Of a DNA stretch of 64,000 bases, positions 11,334-24,461 are shown in pieces. Each line of letters opens with the position of its first letter. Positions within the stretch are counted from its first letter, which is position 1. This DNA comes from Leucoraja erinacea (lineage: Eukaryota), in assembly GCF_028641065.1 (NCBI RefSeq), contig NC_073400.1:32798001-32862000 (forward strand), in the 5' to 3' direction. Made by a program: the position numbers and the translations under genes. The notes beneath the pieces were generated by a model that ran no database searches, was not told where the DNA came from, and worked only from the letters and a program-made list of their open reading frames with translations.

Positions 11334-13711
11334 ACGGGTTGGTTTCTGTGTATTCAGGCACTCTCTGTGTGAGGAGTCGGTGGTGATGTAAGTTTGTGGG
11401 AGTTAGTCTCTGGGTGGAGCCAGGACGTGTAGACTTGGTGTGTACAGCGCCTGCCACTCACTGCTCACTGCTCACTGCTCTCTGTCTCTCTGTCTCTCTG
11501 TGTGTGTCCTGGCTGAAGCACATGCTTGATGCCAGTGGGTCGGGCAGCGTCTGTGGAGAGAAGGGACCTGAGACGTCCCCGCCTGTCCAGTCCCTCCCCA
11601 GCTGCTGCCTGCCCCGCTGAGTTCCTCCAGCACTTTGTGCTTTGCTCAAGTTTCCGCACCTGCAGTTGGTTGTGTCTCTGCTATCTGCCTGGCGGTGCAG
11701 AGATGACACTTACTGCCAGAGGCATTCGCTCCAGATTCCCTTCAGGAAATTCCCTCCGGCCCTGACCTCCCATCTACCTCATCGCAGACCTTTGAACTAT
11801 CCATCAGATCATGTGACAGGAGCAGAATTAGGCCATTCGGCCCATCAAGTCTACTCCTCCATTCAATCATGGCTGATCTATCTCTCCCTCCTAACCCCAT
11901 TCTCCTGCCTTCTCCCCGTAACCTCTGACACCCCGTACTAATCAAGAATCTATCTATCTCTGCCTTAAAAATATCCACTGACTTGTGGCCTCCACAGCCG
12001 CCTGTGGCAATGAATTCCACAGATTCACCACCCTCTGGCTAAAGACACATTTTTAATCTGTGTTTCAGTTTAGTTTGTTGTCCCGTGTACCGAGGTACAG
12101 TGAAAAGCTTTTGATGCGCGCTAAACCAGTCAGCGGAAAGACAATACATGATTACAATCGAGCCGTCCACAGTGTACAGATACAGGATAAAGGGAATAAC
12201 GTTTAGTGCAAGGTAAAGTCCGATCAAGGATAGTCTGAGGGTCTCCAATGAGCTAGATAGTAGTTCAGGACCGCTCTCTAGTTGGTGAGAGGACGGTTCA
12301 GTTGCCTGATAACAGCCAGGAAGAAACTGTCCCTGAATCTGGAGGTGTGTGCGATCGTTTTCACACTTCTGTACCTCTTGCCCGATGGGAGAAACATAGA
12401 AAATAGGTGCAGGAAGAGGCCATTCGGCCCTTCGAGCCAGCACCGCCATTCATTGTGATCATGGCTGATCGTCCCCAATCAATAACCCGTGCCTGCCTTC
12501 TCCCCATATCCCTTGACTCCACTAGCCCCTAGAGCTCTATCTAACTCTCTCTTAAATCCATCCAGTGATTTGGCCTCCACTGCCCTCTGTGGCAGGGAAT
12601 TCCACAAATTCACAACTCTCTGGGTGAAAACGTTTTTTTCTCACCTCAGTCCTAAATGGCCTCCCCTTTATTCTAAGACTGTGTGGCCTCTGGTTCTGGA
12701 CTCGCCCAACATTGGGAACATTTTTCCTGCATCTAGCTTGTCCAGTCCTTTTATAATTGTATATGTTTCTATAAAATGCCCCCTCATCCTTCTAAACTCC
12801 AGTGAATACAAGCCTAGTCTTTTCGGTGGGAGAGGGGAGAAGAGGGAGTGACCGGGGTGAGACTGGTCCTTGATGATGCTGCTGGCCTTGTCGAGGCAGC
12901 GTGAGGTGTAGATGGATCTTAAGTGTAAATACATTTACCTTGCACTAAATGCTGGCCCCTTGATCCTGTATCTGTACACTGTGGACGGCTCGATTGTAAT
13001 CATTGATAGTCTAGTCTTTGACTGGATCGCTTGCAAACAAAAGCTTTTCACTGTACCTCATTACACGTGACAAGATTAAACAATTCTAAACTTATAGAGG
13101 TGTACAAAATCATGAGAGGAATAGATCGGGTAGATGCACAGAGTCTCTTGCCCAGAGTAGGGGAATCGAGGACCAGAGGACATAGGTTCAATGTGAAGGG
13201 GAAAAGATTTAATAGGAATCTGAGGGGTAACTTTTTCACACAGTGTATGGAACGAGCTGCCAGAGGAGGTAGTTGAGGCGGGGACTATCCCATTGTTTAA
13301 GAAACAGTTGGACAGGTACATGGATAGGACAGGTTTGGAGGGATATGGACCAAGTACAGGCAGATGGGACTAGTGTAGCTGGGGCATGTTGGCCGGTGTG
13401 GGCAAGTTGGGCCGAAGGGCCTGTTTCCACACTGTATCACTCTATGATTCTATCCCAACTGTTAGCAGTTAGACGAGTGTAGGAAGATAGACAAGACACA
13501 AAATGCTGGAGTAACTCAGCGGGACAGGCAGCATCTCTGGAGAGAAGGCAGGAGAATGGGGTTGAGACCCTACATGGATAGAACAGGTTTGGGGGGATAT
13601 GGGCCAAATGCTGGTAGTTTGACTCGTGTAGATGGGACATGTCGGCCGGTGTGGGCCAGTTGTTTCCGTGCTGTGTCCCTATGTGACCCTCGGTGTTCCT
13701 CTGTGACCCCG

Positions 13712-14041
13712 TAAAGGGCCTGTCTCACTGAACGAGTTCACCCAGAGACAATTAAATTGACTCTTGACTCTTGACTCTTGAGCTCTCCCGAGTTAAAAAA
13801 ATATATATCAAACTCGTGGTAAGGACTTAGAATGTACGTCGGAGCTCAGGACGTCTCTTAGCGGCTCGTAACGCTAACGGCAGGTACTCGGGAAACACGT
13901 GAAGTTTTTTCGACATGTTGAGAAATGTCCACGAGAGCCCCGAGTACCCACAAGCGTTCATTACCGTAATTCCCCGAGTTCGAATCAGGGGAAACTCGGG
14001 CGAACTCTTGAATTAGCTCGTACAGTGGGGCAGGCCCTTTA
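13712..14041. mobile_element. MITE with related terminal inverted repeats
   Basis: taaagggcctgtctcactgaacgag ... ctcgtacagtggggcaggcccttta. An inverted internal fragment recurs at about 25520-25670. Target duplication is ambiguous. Confidence 0.65.
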
Positions 14042-14470
14042 CTCTCTGTGTGTGTCTCTCCCCGTGTCTCCGTGTGTCCAAGTTGGGGAAGCCCAGAACA
14101 AGGGGTCACACAGTTTAAGGATAAAGGGGGAAATCTTTTAGGACCGAGATGAGAAAAACATTTTTCACACAGAGAGTGGTGAATCTGTGGAATTCTATGC
14201 AACAGAAGGTCAGTTCATTGGCTATATTTAAGAGAGAGTTAGATGTGGCCCTTGTGGCTAAAGGGATCAGGGGGTATGGAGAGAAAGCAGGGATGGGATA
14301 CTGAGTTGGATGATCATATTGAATGGCGGTGCAGGCTCGAAGGGCGAATGGCCTCTACTCCTGCACCTATTTTTCTATGTCTCTATGTGTGTGTCTCTCC
14401 CCGTGACTCTGTGTCTCCGTATCTCCCCGCAGGTTGGCGTTGTGCGTGTGTGTGTGTGTGCGTGGGGGAG

Positions 14471-14647
14471 ATGATGCCGGTACACCCACGCAGGGTACGC
14501 CTGAAGCCGTGGCTCATGGCCCAGGTTGACGGTGGGCTATTCCCGGGCCTGGTTTGGCTCCATCGAGAAAACAAACGCTTTCAGATTCCGTGGAAACACG
14601 CCACCCGCCACAGCCCACCACAGGACGAGGAGAACACCATCTTCAAG
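14471..14647 (+). CDS. IRF6: Interferon regulatory factor 6, first coding exon (DNA-binding domain)
   Basis: [59 protein letters not shown]|gt closely matches the IRF6 N-terminus. Acceptor AG at 14431-14432. Confidence 0.95.
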
Positions 14648-16288
14648 GTGAAGTTCCACGGGACCAGCTCACGCTGATGGGGCCCGCCCGCGACCTGCTG
14701 CTCACCCACCGTTCCAATAGTTGCAGGAGTAGAGGCCATTTGGCCCTTTGAGCCAGCACCGCCATTCAATGTGATCATGGCTGATCATCCCCAATCAGTA
14801 CCCCGTTCCTGCCTTCTCCCCATATCCCCCGATGATCAGCCATGATCATATTGAATGCCGGTGCAGGCTCGAAGGGCTGAACTCCTGCACCTATTTTCTA
14901 TGTTTCTCTCTGTGAGGAAAAGTGTTTCCTCATCTCCGTTCTAAATGGCTTACTCCGTTCCTGCCTTCTCCCCATATCCCCTGACTCCACTATCTTTAAG
15001 AGCCCTATCTAGCTCTCTCTTGAAAGTATCCAAAGAACCGGCCTCCACCGCCCTCTGAGGCAGAGAATTCCACAGACTCACCACTCTCTGTGAGAAAAAG
15101 TGTTTCCTCGTCTCCGTTCTAAATGGCCGACCCCCCTTATTCTTAAACTGTGGTCCCTGGTTCTGAGTTACTCCAGCTTTTTTTGGGTCCATCTTCAGTT
15201 TAAACCAGCATCTGCAGTTCCTTCCCACACACAGCATAGAAAATAGATGCAGGAGGCGGCCATTCGGCCCTTTGAGACAGCATCAATATCAGTACCCCGT
15301 TCCTGCTTTCTCCCCATATCCCTTAGTTTCCATTAGCCCCAAGACCTAAATCTAACTCTCTCTTGAAAACATCCAGTGAATTGGCCTCCACTGCCTTCTG
15401 TGGCAGAGAATTCCACAGATTCACAACTCTCTGGGTGAAAAAGTACTGTCACTGCTGTTTATTGGCTAGCATCCAGCCCATGTCGGAGTGAAACTCAGCG
15501 GGTGCCTTGCAGCATCTGTGAGAACATGGATAGGTGAAAAACGTTTGGAATCGAGACTGTCTCCCTACTTCTATTGGAAGGTTGTTTAGCCCACCCAAAC
15601 TCTCACCTATCTATGTTCTCCACAGTCATGCTGCCTCGACCCACTGAGTTATGGTTCGCAGAGCAGCATCTATGGAGCTAAGGCGAATAGGCACTCGTTT
15701 CGGGCCGAAACCCTTCTTGGAAATAGGCAACGGTTTCCGGGCCGAACTACCCTGAAAGGTTTTCGGCCCGAAACGTTGCCTATTTCCTTAGCTCCTAGAT
15801 GCTGCTCGCAACCCGCTGGTAGCTTTACTCCCCCGCACTCTGGAAACGTCCACCTATCCCCGTTTTCCCCCGTTTCCGCCTCCCTGCAAATATCTTTTTG
15901 CCTGACGCCCCTGATGGCTTTGTTCCAGGCTTACACTGGTGCATCCTGTTTCTTCTTATCCCTTTGGTCTCCTGAACCTCGAACTGCCTAGTTGACTGCC
16001 ACCACTACTGTGGTGTTTCTCTTGCCATCCATGACTCCGACTGCCCCCTCCCCTCGTCCTTACTCCAAGCACCTCTGTGGTCTATCTTGGTTCTTGCCAC
16101 TGTGTTTGGTGGACTGGTCTGAAGGGGCTGTCTTGGCTGAGCTGGTTCTGGGGGCTGGTCTGGACGTGGGTGGGCGGGGGGGAAGGTTGGGTATTTGGGG
16201 GGCAGGGGGGGGGGGGGGTGGGGGTGGGGGAGAGGGGGGTGACTCTGGGTCGCCTTGTGGTTAACGTTTTCGTTGTGGGACCCTGCAG

Positions 16289-16513
16289 ACCTGGCTGTTG
16301 GATCACAGGGAAGTTACCAGGCAGGGCATTGTACGTAGCCGCGTATGACCCGGCCAAGTGGAAGGCCCTCACTCCCTCTTGGCCATATGAACACAAGAAG
16401 CCGCGAGGTTAACCTGGTCTACGATTTCACCAAGGAGGTGCCCATGACTGCCCACTGAAGATCTACCAGGTGTGTGATCCCCCCAGCCCCAGCTGGGCGT
16501 ACCCTACCACTCC
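16289..16513 (+). CDS. IRF6: IRF6 second coding exon, scrambled by many indels (probable assembly errors); 3' end approximate
   Basis: After ctgcag, fragments in shifting frames read DPAKWKA, NLVYD-TKEVPM and LKIYQVCD, collinear with the IRF6 DNA-binding domain. Flanking repeats are equally indel-rich. Confidence 0.75.
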
Positions 16514-16599
16514 GTAGCCACTCGCTCACCTCTTCTAATCACACAAGTTCCATTGCTCCTTTCTCCCCTCTCATTCCCTTTTCTCCTCCGTCTCCCTTG

Positions 16600-18130
16600 T
16601 GTACTCTACACCGGCGCACCCGCCTCACTTTTCCTCAATCCCCCCTGTGTTCCCCTAGTCCTCCTCGCCCCTCTCCCGCTCCTCCCCTTCCTCCTTGCCT
16701 CTTTGTGTGCCCTCGTTCTTTCCTTGGTTTTTCCCCCACCCCCTTTTTGCTTTCTTTTCTATTCCTCTCCTTGTTCATCTCTGCCTCTCCCCTCACAGTC
16801 CCCCCTTTGCGCTCCTTTGCCCCCCTCTTTCGCTTCCCTTCTTCCCCCCCCCACTCACCCTTTCCCTTCCCCCCTCCCCGACCCCTTCCGTCCTCTTGCC
16901 CTTCTCCTCCGTATTTTCATTCTTTTTCCCTCGCCCTCCCTCACGGTGCTCCCCCTTCCTTCCTCCCCTCCCCCTTTCCCCCCCTCTCCCCTTCCCCTCA
17001 TCCCCCTTCTCCCTTTCCCCCCTCTTCTTCCTTCCCCCTCTCTTCTCCCCCTCCCCCTCCTCTTCCCTCCCCCCCATCTTGATCTTTTCCCCTTCTTTTT
17101 CCTCCCCCCCTTCCCCCTTCTTCCTCCTCTCCTTTTTTTTTCGCCCCCCTTTTCCCCCTTTCTTCCCCCCTTTCTTTCGTTCCCCTCCTCTCCCTCCTTG
17201 CTCTTTTCTCCCCTCCTCCCTCTCTCCCCCTCCCCCTCCCCTCTCCCTCTTCCTCTTTCCTCCCTCCTCTCCCCTCTCCTCTCCCCCCCCTCCTCTCCTC
17301 CTCCCTCCCCTTCTCCTCCCCCTCTTCCTTCCCCCTCTCTCTGCCCCTCCTCTTTCCTCCCCTCCCTCCCCCTCCCCTTTCTCCGCACGTCCCCCCTCTC
17401 TCCCCCTTTCTCCTCTNNNNNNNNNNNNNNNNNNNNNNNNNNNNNNNNNNNNNNNNNNNNNNNNNNNNNNNNNNNNNNNNNNNNNNNNNNNNNNNNNNNN
17501 NNNNNNNNNNNNNNNNNNNNNNNNNNNNNNNNNNNNNNNNNNNNNNNNNNNNNNNNNNNNNNNNNNNNNNNNNNNNNNNNNNNNNNNNNNNNNNNNNNNN
17601 NNNNNNNNNNNNNNNNNNNNNNNNNNNNNNNNNNNNNNNNNNNNNNNNNNNNNNNNNNNNNNNNNNNNNNNNNNNNNNNNNNNNNNNNNNNNNNNNNNNN
17701 NNNNNCCTCTTCTCTCTCCCTCCCCCCCCCTCTCTCCCTCTCCCTCTCTCCCTCATAGAATTAGCTGTACAAACAAAATCTAGTGTGGGCTTAGAGAGTG
17801 GGCTCCCTCTCTNNNNNNNNNNNNNNNNNNNNNNNNNNNNNNNNNNNNNNNNNNNNNNNNNNNNNNNNNNNNNNNNNNNNNNNNNNNNNNNNNNNNNNNN
17901 NNNNNNNNNNNNNNNNNNNNNNNNNNNNNNNNNNNNNNNNNNNNNNNNNNNNNNNCCTCTCCTATCCTCTCTCTCCGCTCTCTCTCCCTCCCCCTCTCCC
18001 CCCTCTCCTCCCCCCCTCCTCACTCCCCCTCCCCTCTCGCCCCTCCCTCTCCTGCTTGTCCCTTCCGCTTCCTCACCCCTCTCCCCCTCCCCTCCCCACC
18101 ACTACCGTGCCCCCCCTCCCCTTGTTTCCC
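16600..18130. repeat. CT-rich low-complexity tract with two N-gaps (17417-17705, 17813-17955)
   Basis: Almost pure pyrimidine on the plus strand. Confidence 0.9.
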
Positions 18131-18217
18131 CCTACACTTGACCTTTTGAGGTTAGAATCTCCCTCTCCCCCTGCCCCCCCCTCACACGTCACTGACCTGT
18201 TGCCGTGGTCCCCACAG

Positions 18218-18254
18218 GGTCGGTTCCCTGGAGGACAATGACTCGTGGGACGAG
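18218..18254 (+). CDS. IRF6: IRF6 linker mini-exon a (tentative)
   Basis: cccacag|GSVPW(E)DNDSWDE|gtgaca with one base restored; resembles IRF6 GSAPWDEKDND. Donor is weak. Confidence 0.45.
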
Positions 18255-18470
18255 GTGACACTTGGATCACCTCGCCGCCCCCATTGGAGGTGAGCGCCGG
18301 GAACCGTTTCGCAGAGCTTCCGCCCAGCCCGTATGGCCCAATATCCTGCCCCATTTTCTGCAACCTAGGTTAGCACCGTCAAGATGGGGCCGAAGGGGGT
18401 TCCCTGTATATGTGTTGTGTGTGTCTGTGTGTGTGTCCCTGTCGCTGGATCTGCCCTTTCTTTTACACAG

Positions 18471-18507
18471 CATGCAAGAGAGTTTCCCCTTTTTCTCAAC
18501 TTAAATG
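18471..18507 (+). CDS. IRF6: IRF6 linker mini-exon b (tentative)
   Basis: ttttacacag|MQESFPF..LNLN-G|gtaagt resembles IRF6 IQDTFPFLNING; needs a homopolymer indel correction. Confidence 0.55.
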
Positions 18508-19267
18508 GTAAGTTTTCTGCGTTATTGCCGTGACTCTAATCCTGTGGCCGTGCCCTCTGACCCTTGAAAACTAATATGCAGCGGTCTCAGCTCCAAACAT
18601 TGTCATTCCCCCCCTCCCCAGATTGCTTGTCCCGCCTGAGATCTCTCACCTGCAGATAGTGTTGTGTTTGCTGTTTGACTGAGGTTAGAATGGAACTGTC
18701 CGCGGGTTCAGGCAGCATCTGTGGAGAACATGGATAGGTGACGTTTTCACAGAGTGCTGGAGTAACTCAGCGGGTGCAGCAGCATCTATGGAGCTAAGGA
18801 AATAGTTAACGTTTCGGGCCGAAACCCTTCTGGGAATAGGCAACGTCTCGGGCCGCAACCCGTAAGGGTTTCGGCCCGTAACATTGTATAATTTTTTAGC
18901 TCCATAGAGGCTGCTGCAGGCATAACTCAGCGGGTCAGGCAGCATCTGTGGAGAACATGGATAGGTGACGTTTCACAGAGTGCTGGAGTAACTCAAGCGG
19001 GGTCAGGCAGCATCTGTGTAGAACATGGATAGGTGACGTTTCACAGAGTGCTGGATTTAAACCTCAGCGGGTCAGAGCAGCATCTGTGGAGAACATGGGA
19101 TAGGTGAACGTTTCACAGAGTGCTGGAGTAACTCAGTCAGGGTCTGAGGCAGCATCTGTGGAGAACATGGATAGGTGACGTGTCACAGAGTGCTGGAGTA
19201 ACTCAGCTGGGTCAGGCCGCATCTGTGGAGAACATGGATAGGTGACGTTTCACAGAGTGCTGGATAA

Positions 19268-19680
19268 ACAGAGATAGAATGTAGTCGGAGACAGTCAGGC
19301 TGGTGGGAGAACAAGGATGGGGGAGGGATGGAGAGAGGGGGAAAGCAAGGGCTACTTGAAGTTAGAGAAGTCAATGTTCATACCGCTGGGGTGTAAGCTG
19401 CCCAAGTGTAATATGAGGCGCTGTTCCTCCAATTTGCGCTGGGCCTCACTCTGACAATGGAGGAGGCCCAGGACAGAGAGGTCAGTGTGGGAATGGGAGG
19501 GGGAGTTGAAGTGCTGAGCCACGGGGAGATCAGGTTGGTTAAGGCGGACTGAGCGGAGGTGTTCAGCGAAACGATCGCCGAGTCTCGCCGATATACAGGA
19601 GTCCACACCTGGAACAGCGATACAGTAGAATTGAGGTTGGAGGAGGTGCAGGTGAACCCTCTGCCTCACCTGGAAAGTCA
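19268..19680 (-). mobile_element. Penelope-like element remnant (GIY-YIG endonuclease C-terminus)
   Basis: RLGDRFAEH...PVAQHFN...H...RKLEEQ.LI..LG.L.P.GMN. Shorter copies at about 6590-6727, 41470-41660, 57520-57710 and 58300-58480. Confidence 0.8.
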
Positions 19681-20588
19681 GTCAGTCGGGGTCCCTTGGA
19701 TGGAGTCGGTGGAGGGGGGGGGTGTGGGGTGGGGTGGTTGTTGTGGGGGAGGTGGGTGGGGTGGGGGGGGACAGTGGGGGGGGGAGCAGTTAGCTTTTGG
19801 CTTCAGCTTCTCGCAAGTTGTATCAACGATTTATCCACGGAAAACAACTGTGGCTTACACTGGCCAATGGCAGGCAGCGAGAGTGGGCAGTTCTAGGACT
19901 AGAGGCCGTAGCCTCAGAATTAAAGGGCGTTCCTTTAGGAAGGAGATGAGGAGGAATTTCTTTAGTCAGAGGGTGGTGAATCTGTGGAATTCTTTGCCAC
20001 AGACGGCTGTGGAGGCCACAAGTCAGTGGATATTTTTAAGGCAGAGATAGATAGATTCTTGATTAGTGCGGGTGTCAGAGGTTACGGGGAGAAGGCAGGA
20101 GAATGGGGTTAGGAGGGAGAGATAGATCAGCCATGATTGAATGGTGGAGTAGACTCGATGGGCCGAATGGCCTAATTCTGCTGCTATATCACTTATGAAG
20201 AGGGTGCGACGTGTCTGTGGGGAGCGATGGGCAGACATGACGATGAAACTCTTGTAACGTCAGCTCGCCCCGTTATGGGAAGGGTAGACACAAAATGCTG
20301 GAGTAACTCAGCGGGACAGGCAGCATCTCTGGGGAGAAGGAATGGGTGACGTTTCGGGTCGAGACCCTTCTACAGACATCAGGAACGTCAGCCATTCCTT
20401 CTCTCCAGTGATGCTGCCTGTCCCGCTGAGTTTACTTCCTGGTGTGTCTACAGATGGGGGAATGGGAGGTAAACTAGGCGGTGTTGTGATGTGTCGGGGT
20501 CGGCTGCCAGAGCCACGGTGGGTGCAGGGGTCAGTGAAGGTTCATGTTGAGCGGTGTTGGTGACTTGTTGTCACGTTCCTGTGTCCAG

Positions 20589-20732
20589 ACTCCCCGATGC
20601 CCCCAGCGAGTGAGTCCAGCTGTTCCCCCAGTGAGTGGATCAAGGCCGACCCTGACCTCATCCTCCACCAGGACCCACCCCTGCTCACTGAGATGTTCAG
20701 CACCCCAGAGACATGATCAGCTCGCTGCCCCA
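20589..20732 (+). CDS. IRF6: IRF6 linker exon
   Basis: ccag|SPMPPASESSCSPSEWIKADPD...MFSTPET(W)ISSLP|gtaagt. 144 nt, phase 1-1. A -1/+1 indel pair near the end creates an apparent TGA. Confidence 0.8.
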
Positions 20733-20749
20733 GTAAGTACCCCCGCAAT

Positions 20750-23330
20750 GGACCCCCCCCCCCCCCCTCACTGCCCCCAGGACACCCCCCCCCCCCCACA
20801 TACCCCCCCCCCCTCCACACTGCCCCCCCCCCCTCCCCACACTACCCCGCCCCACCCCCCCCCCACCCACTACCCCCCCACCCCCCCCCTCACTACCCCC
20901 CCCCCGGCACTGCCCCAGGCCACCCCCCTCCACACTACCCCCCCCTCCACACTACCCCCCCCTCACTGCACCAGCCCAACCAGCCCCCCCCCTCCCCCTC
21001 CACTACCTCCCCCTCCACACTACCCCCCCCCCCTCACTGCCCCAGCCCACCCCCCCCCCCTCACTGCCCCAGCCCACCCCCCCTCACTCCCCCCAGCCCA
21101 CCCCCCCTCCACACCCCCCCCCCCCCTCCACACTACCCCCCCCCTCACTGCCCCCCACCCAGCCCACCCCCCTCCCACACCCCCCCCCTCCACACTACCC
21201 CCCCCTCACTGCCCCCCACCCAGCCCCCCCCCCTCCACACTACCCCCCCCCCCACACTCCCCCCCCCCCCCCCTCCGCCCCAGCCCACCCCCCCCTCCAC
21301 ACTGCCCCCCCCCACCTCCCCTCCACACTACCCCCCCCTCACTGCCCCAGCCCACCCCCCCCTCTACACTACCACCCCCCCCCCTCTACACTACCCCCCC
21401 CCCTCCACCACACTACCCCCCCCCCTCACTGCCCCAGCCCACCCCCCCCCACTCCTACTACCACCCCCCCTCACTGCCCCCCCACCCCAGCCCACCCCCT
21501 CTCACACTACCACCCCCCCTCACTGCCCCAGCCACCCCCCCTCCACACTACCCCCCCCTCACTGCCCCAGGCCACCCCCTCCTCCACACTACCCCCCCCC
21601 CCTCACTGCCCATTGCCCCCCCCCCTCCACACTACCTACCCCCCCCTCCCTCATTGCCCCAGCCCACCCCCCCCCTCCACACTACCCACCCCCCCCCTCC
21701 TTGCCCCAGCCCAACCCCCCTCCACACTACTACCCCCCCCCCTCACTGCCCCAGGTCCACCCCCCCTCCACACTACCCCCCCCCCGCCCACCCCCCTCAC
21801 TGCCCCACCCACCCCCCCCCCACACACACTACCCCCCTCACTGCCCCAGCCCACCCCCCCTCCACACTACCCCCCCCTCCTGCCTCACCTGCCCCAGCCC
21901 ACCCCCCCTCCACACTACCCCCCCCTCACTGCCCCCCCACCCAGCCCACCCCCCTCCACACTACCCCCCCCCTCACTGCCCCAGCCCACCCCCCCCCCTC
22001 CACACTACCCCCCCCTCACTGCCCCCCACCCAGCCCCCCCCCTCCACCTACCCCCCCCCACTGCCAGCCCACCACCCCCACACTACCCCCCTCACCTGCC
22101 CCAGCCCACCCCCCCCCTCCACACTACCCCCCCCTCACTTGCCCCAGCCCACCCCCCCTCCACACTACCGTAAGTGTACCCCCCCCTCACACTGCCCCCC
22201 AGCCCAACCCCCCTCCACACTACCCCCCCCCCTCACTGCCCCCCCAGCCCACCCCCCCCCCCTCACCCCCCCCCCCCCCCTCCTGCCCCCCCCCAACCCC
22301 CCCCCCACTGCCCTCACCCCCCCACTGCCCCCCCCCCCCCCCTCCCACACCCCCCCCCTCTACCTGCCCCCCCCCCATTGTCCCAGCCCCATCTCCCCCC
22401 CCCTCACACTACCCCCCCCCCTGCCACTGCCCCCCCCTCACTGCCCCCCATCCCACCCCCCCCCCCACCCCTACCCCCCCCCCCTCACTGCCCCCAGCCC
22501 ACACCCCCCCCTCCACCCCCTGCCCCCCCCCCCCCCACACTACCCCCCCCCCCCCTGCCCCAGCCCCCCCCNNNNNNNNNNNNNNNNNNNNNNNNNNNNN
22601 NNNNNNNNNNNNNNNNNNNNNNNNNNNNNNNNNNNNNNNNNNNNNNNNNNNNNNNNNNNNNNNNNNNNNNNNNNNNNNNNNNNNNNNNNNNNNNNNNNNN
22701 NNNNNNNNNNNNNNNNNNNNNNNNNNNNNNNNNNNNNNNNNNNNNNNNNNNNNCCCCCCCCCCCTCACCCCCATCCCCACCCCCCCTCCACACTACACAC
22801 TACCCCCCCCTCATTGCCCCAGGCCAACCCCCCCCCTCCACACTAGACCCCCCTCACTGCCCCCAGCCCAACCCCCCTCCACACTACACTGCCCCCCCCC
22901 CTCACTGCCACCATCCCACCCCCCCTCCACATCCCCCCCCCCCCTCATTGCCCCAGGCCAACCCCCCCCTCCACACTAGCCCCCCCCCTCACTGCCCCAG
23001 CCCACCCCCCCTCCACACTACCCCCCCCCCTCACTGCCCCAGCCCACCCCCCCTCCACACTACCCCCCCCTCACTGCCCCAGCCCACCCCCCCCCCCCTC
23101 CACACTACCCCCCCCCCCTCATTGCCCCCAGCCCACCCCCCCTCTACACTACCCCCCCCTCACTACCCCAGGCCACCCCCCCCTCCACACTACCCCCCCC
23201 CCTCACTGCCCCAGTCCAACCCCCTCCACATTACCCCGCACCCAGCCCCATCCCCATCCTGCATCTACCCCCCCACCCCGCACACAGCCACCCCCCATCC
23301 TCCCCACCCTCCCCCCCCTCCCACCCCACC
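20750..23330. repeat. C-rich minisatellite in an IRF6 intron (gap 22572-22753)
   Basis: Recurrent unit Cn-tccacacta-Cn-tcactgccccagccca. Confidence 0.9.
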
Positions 23331-24068
23331 GTCTGTACGGAGTTTGTACGTTCTACCCAGGACCTCGTGGGTTTTCTCCAGGTGCTCTGGTTTCCTCCCA
23401 CATAGAAACATAGACAATAGGTGCAAGAGTAGGCCATTCGGCCCTTCGAGCCAGCACCGCCGTTGAATACGATCATGGCTGATCATCCACAATCAGTACC
23501 CCGTTCCTGCCTTCTCCCCATATCCCTTAATTCCGTTAGCCCTAAGAGCTAAATCTAACTCTCTCTTGAAAACATCCAGTGAATTGGCCTCCACTGCCTT
23601 CTGTGACAGAGAATTCCGCAGATTCACAACTCTCTGGGTGAAGAAGTTTTTCCTCAACTCAGTCCTAAATGGACTATCCCTTATTCTTAAACTGTGTGTG
23701 GCCCCTGGTTCTGGACCCCCCCAACATCGGGAACATGTTTCCTGCCTCTAGTGAGTCCGTGCCGACCAGCGATCCCCGCACACTAACACTATCCTACACA
23801 CACTGGGGACAATTTACAATTTTACCGAAGCCAATTAATTAACCTACAAACTTGCACGTCTTTGGAGTGTGGGAGGAAACCGGAGCACCCGGAGAAAACC
23901 CACGCAGGTCACGGGGAGAACGTGCAAACTCCGTACAGACAGCGCTGGTAGTCGGGATGGAACCCGGGTCTCTGGCGCTGTGGGGCAGCAGCTCTACCTG
24001 CTGCCTACACACTTGAGCCCGGGGTGGAAGCTGTGATCTGATTGTCCTCTCGTTGTTGTTGCCGCCAG

Positions 24069-24461
24069 TGACGGACCTGGAGATCCAGTTCCAATACCGA
24101 GGCAAGGAGCTGGGACCCCCCCTCACCGTCAGTAACCCTCAGGGCTGCCGCCTGTTTTACGGTGACCTGGGGCCCATGCTCAACCAGGAGGAGCTGTTCG
24201 GCCCCGTCTCGCTGGAGCAGATCCGCTTCCCAGCCACGGACCACATCGTCAACGAGAAGCAGCGCCTCTTCACCAACCGCCTGCTGGACGTGATGGACCG
24301 CGGCCTGATTCTGGAGGTCAGCGGGCACGCCATCTACGCCATCCGTCTGTGCCAGTGTAAGGTGTACTGGTCAGGTCCCTGCGCTGGGGGCAGCGCCATC
24401 CCGCACGTTATCGAGCGACAGAAGAAGGTCAAGCTCTTCTGCCTGGAGACATTCCTGAGCG
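24069..24461 (+). CDS. IRF6: IRF6 IAD/SMIR exon
   Basis: [13 protein letters not shown]...[13 protein letters not shown]...[12 protein letters not shown]...[17 protein letters not shown]...[10 protein letters not shown]. 393 nt, AG/GT bounded, phase 1-1. Confidence 0.96.

Noticed and set aside
16474-18241. P/S/L/F-rich and G/R/E-rich ORFs
   Set aside because: CT low-complexity sequence and N-gaps.
20544-23466. Long proline-rich ORFs (811, 430 and 381 aa) resembling extensin or formin
   Set aside because: Translations of a C-rich minisatellite that lacks stops; they span N-gaps and lie in an IRF6 intron.
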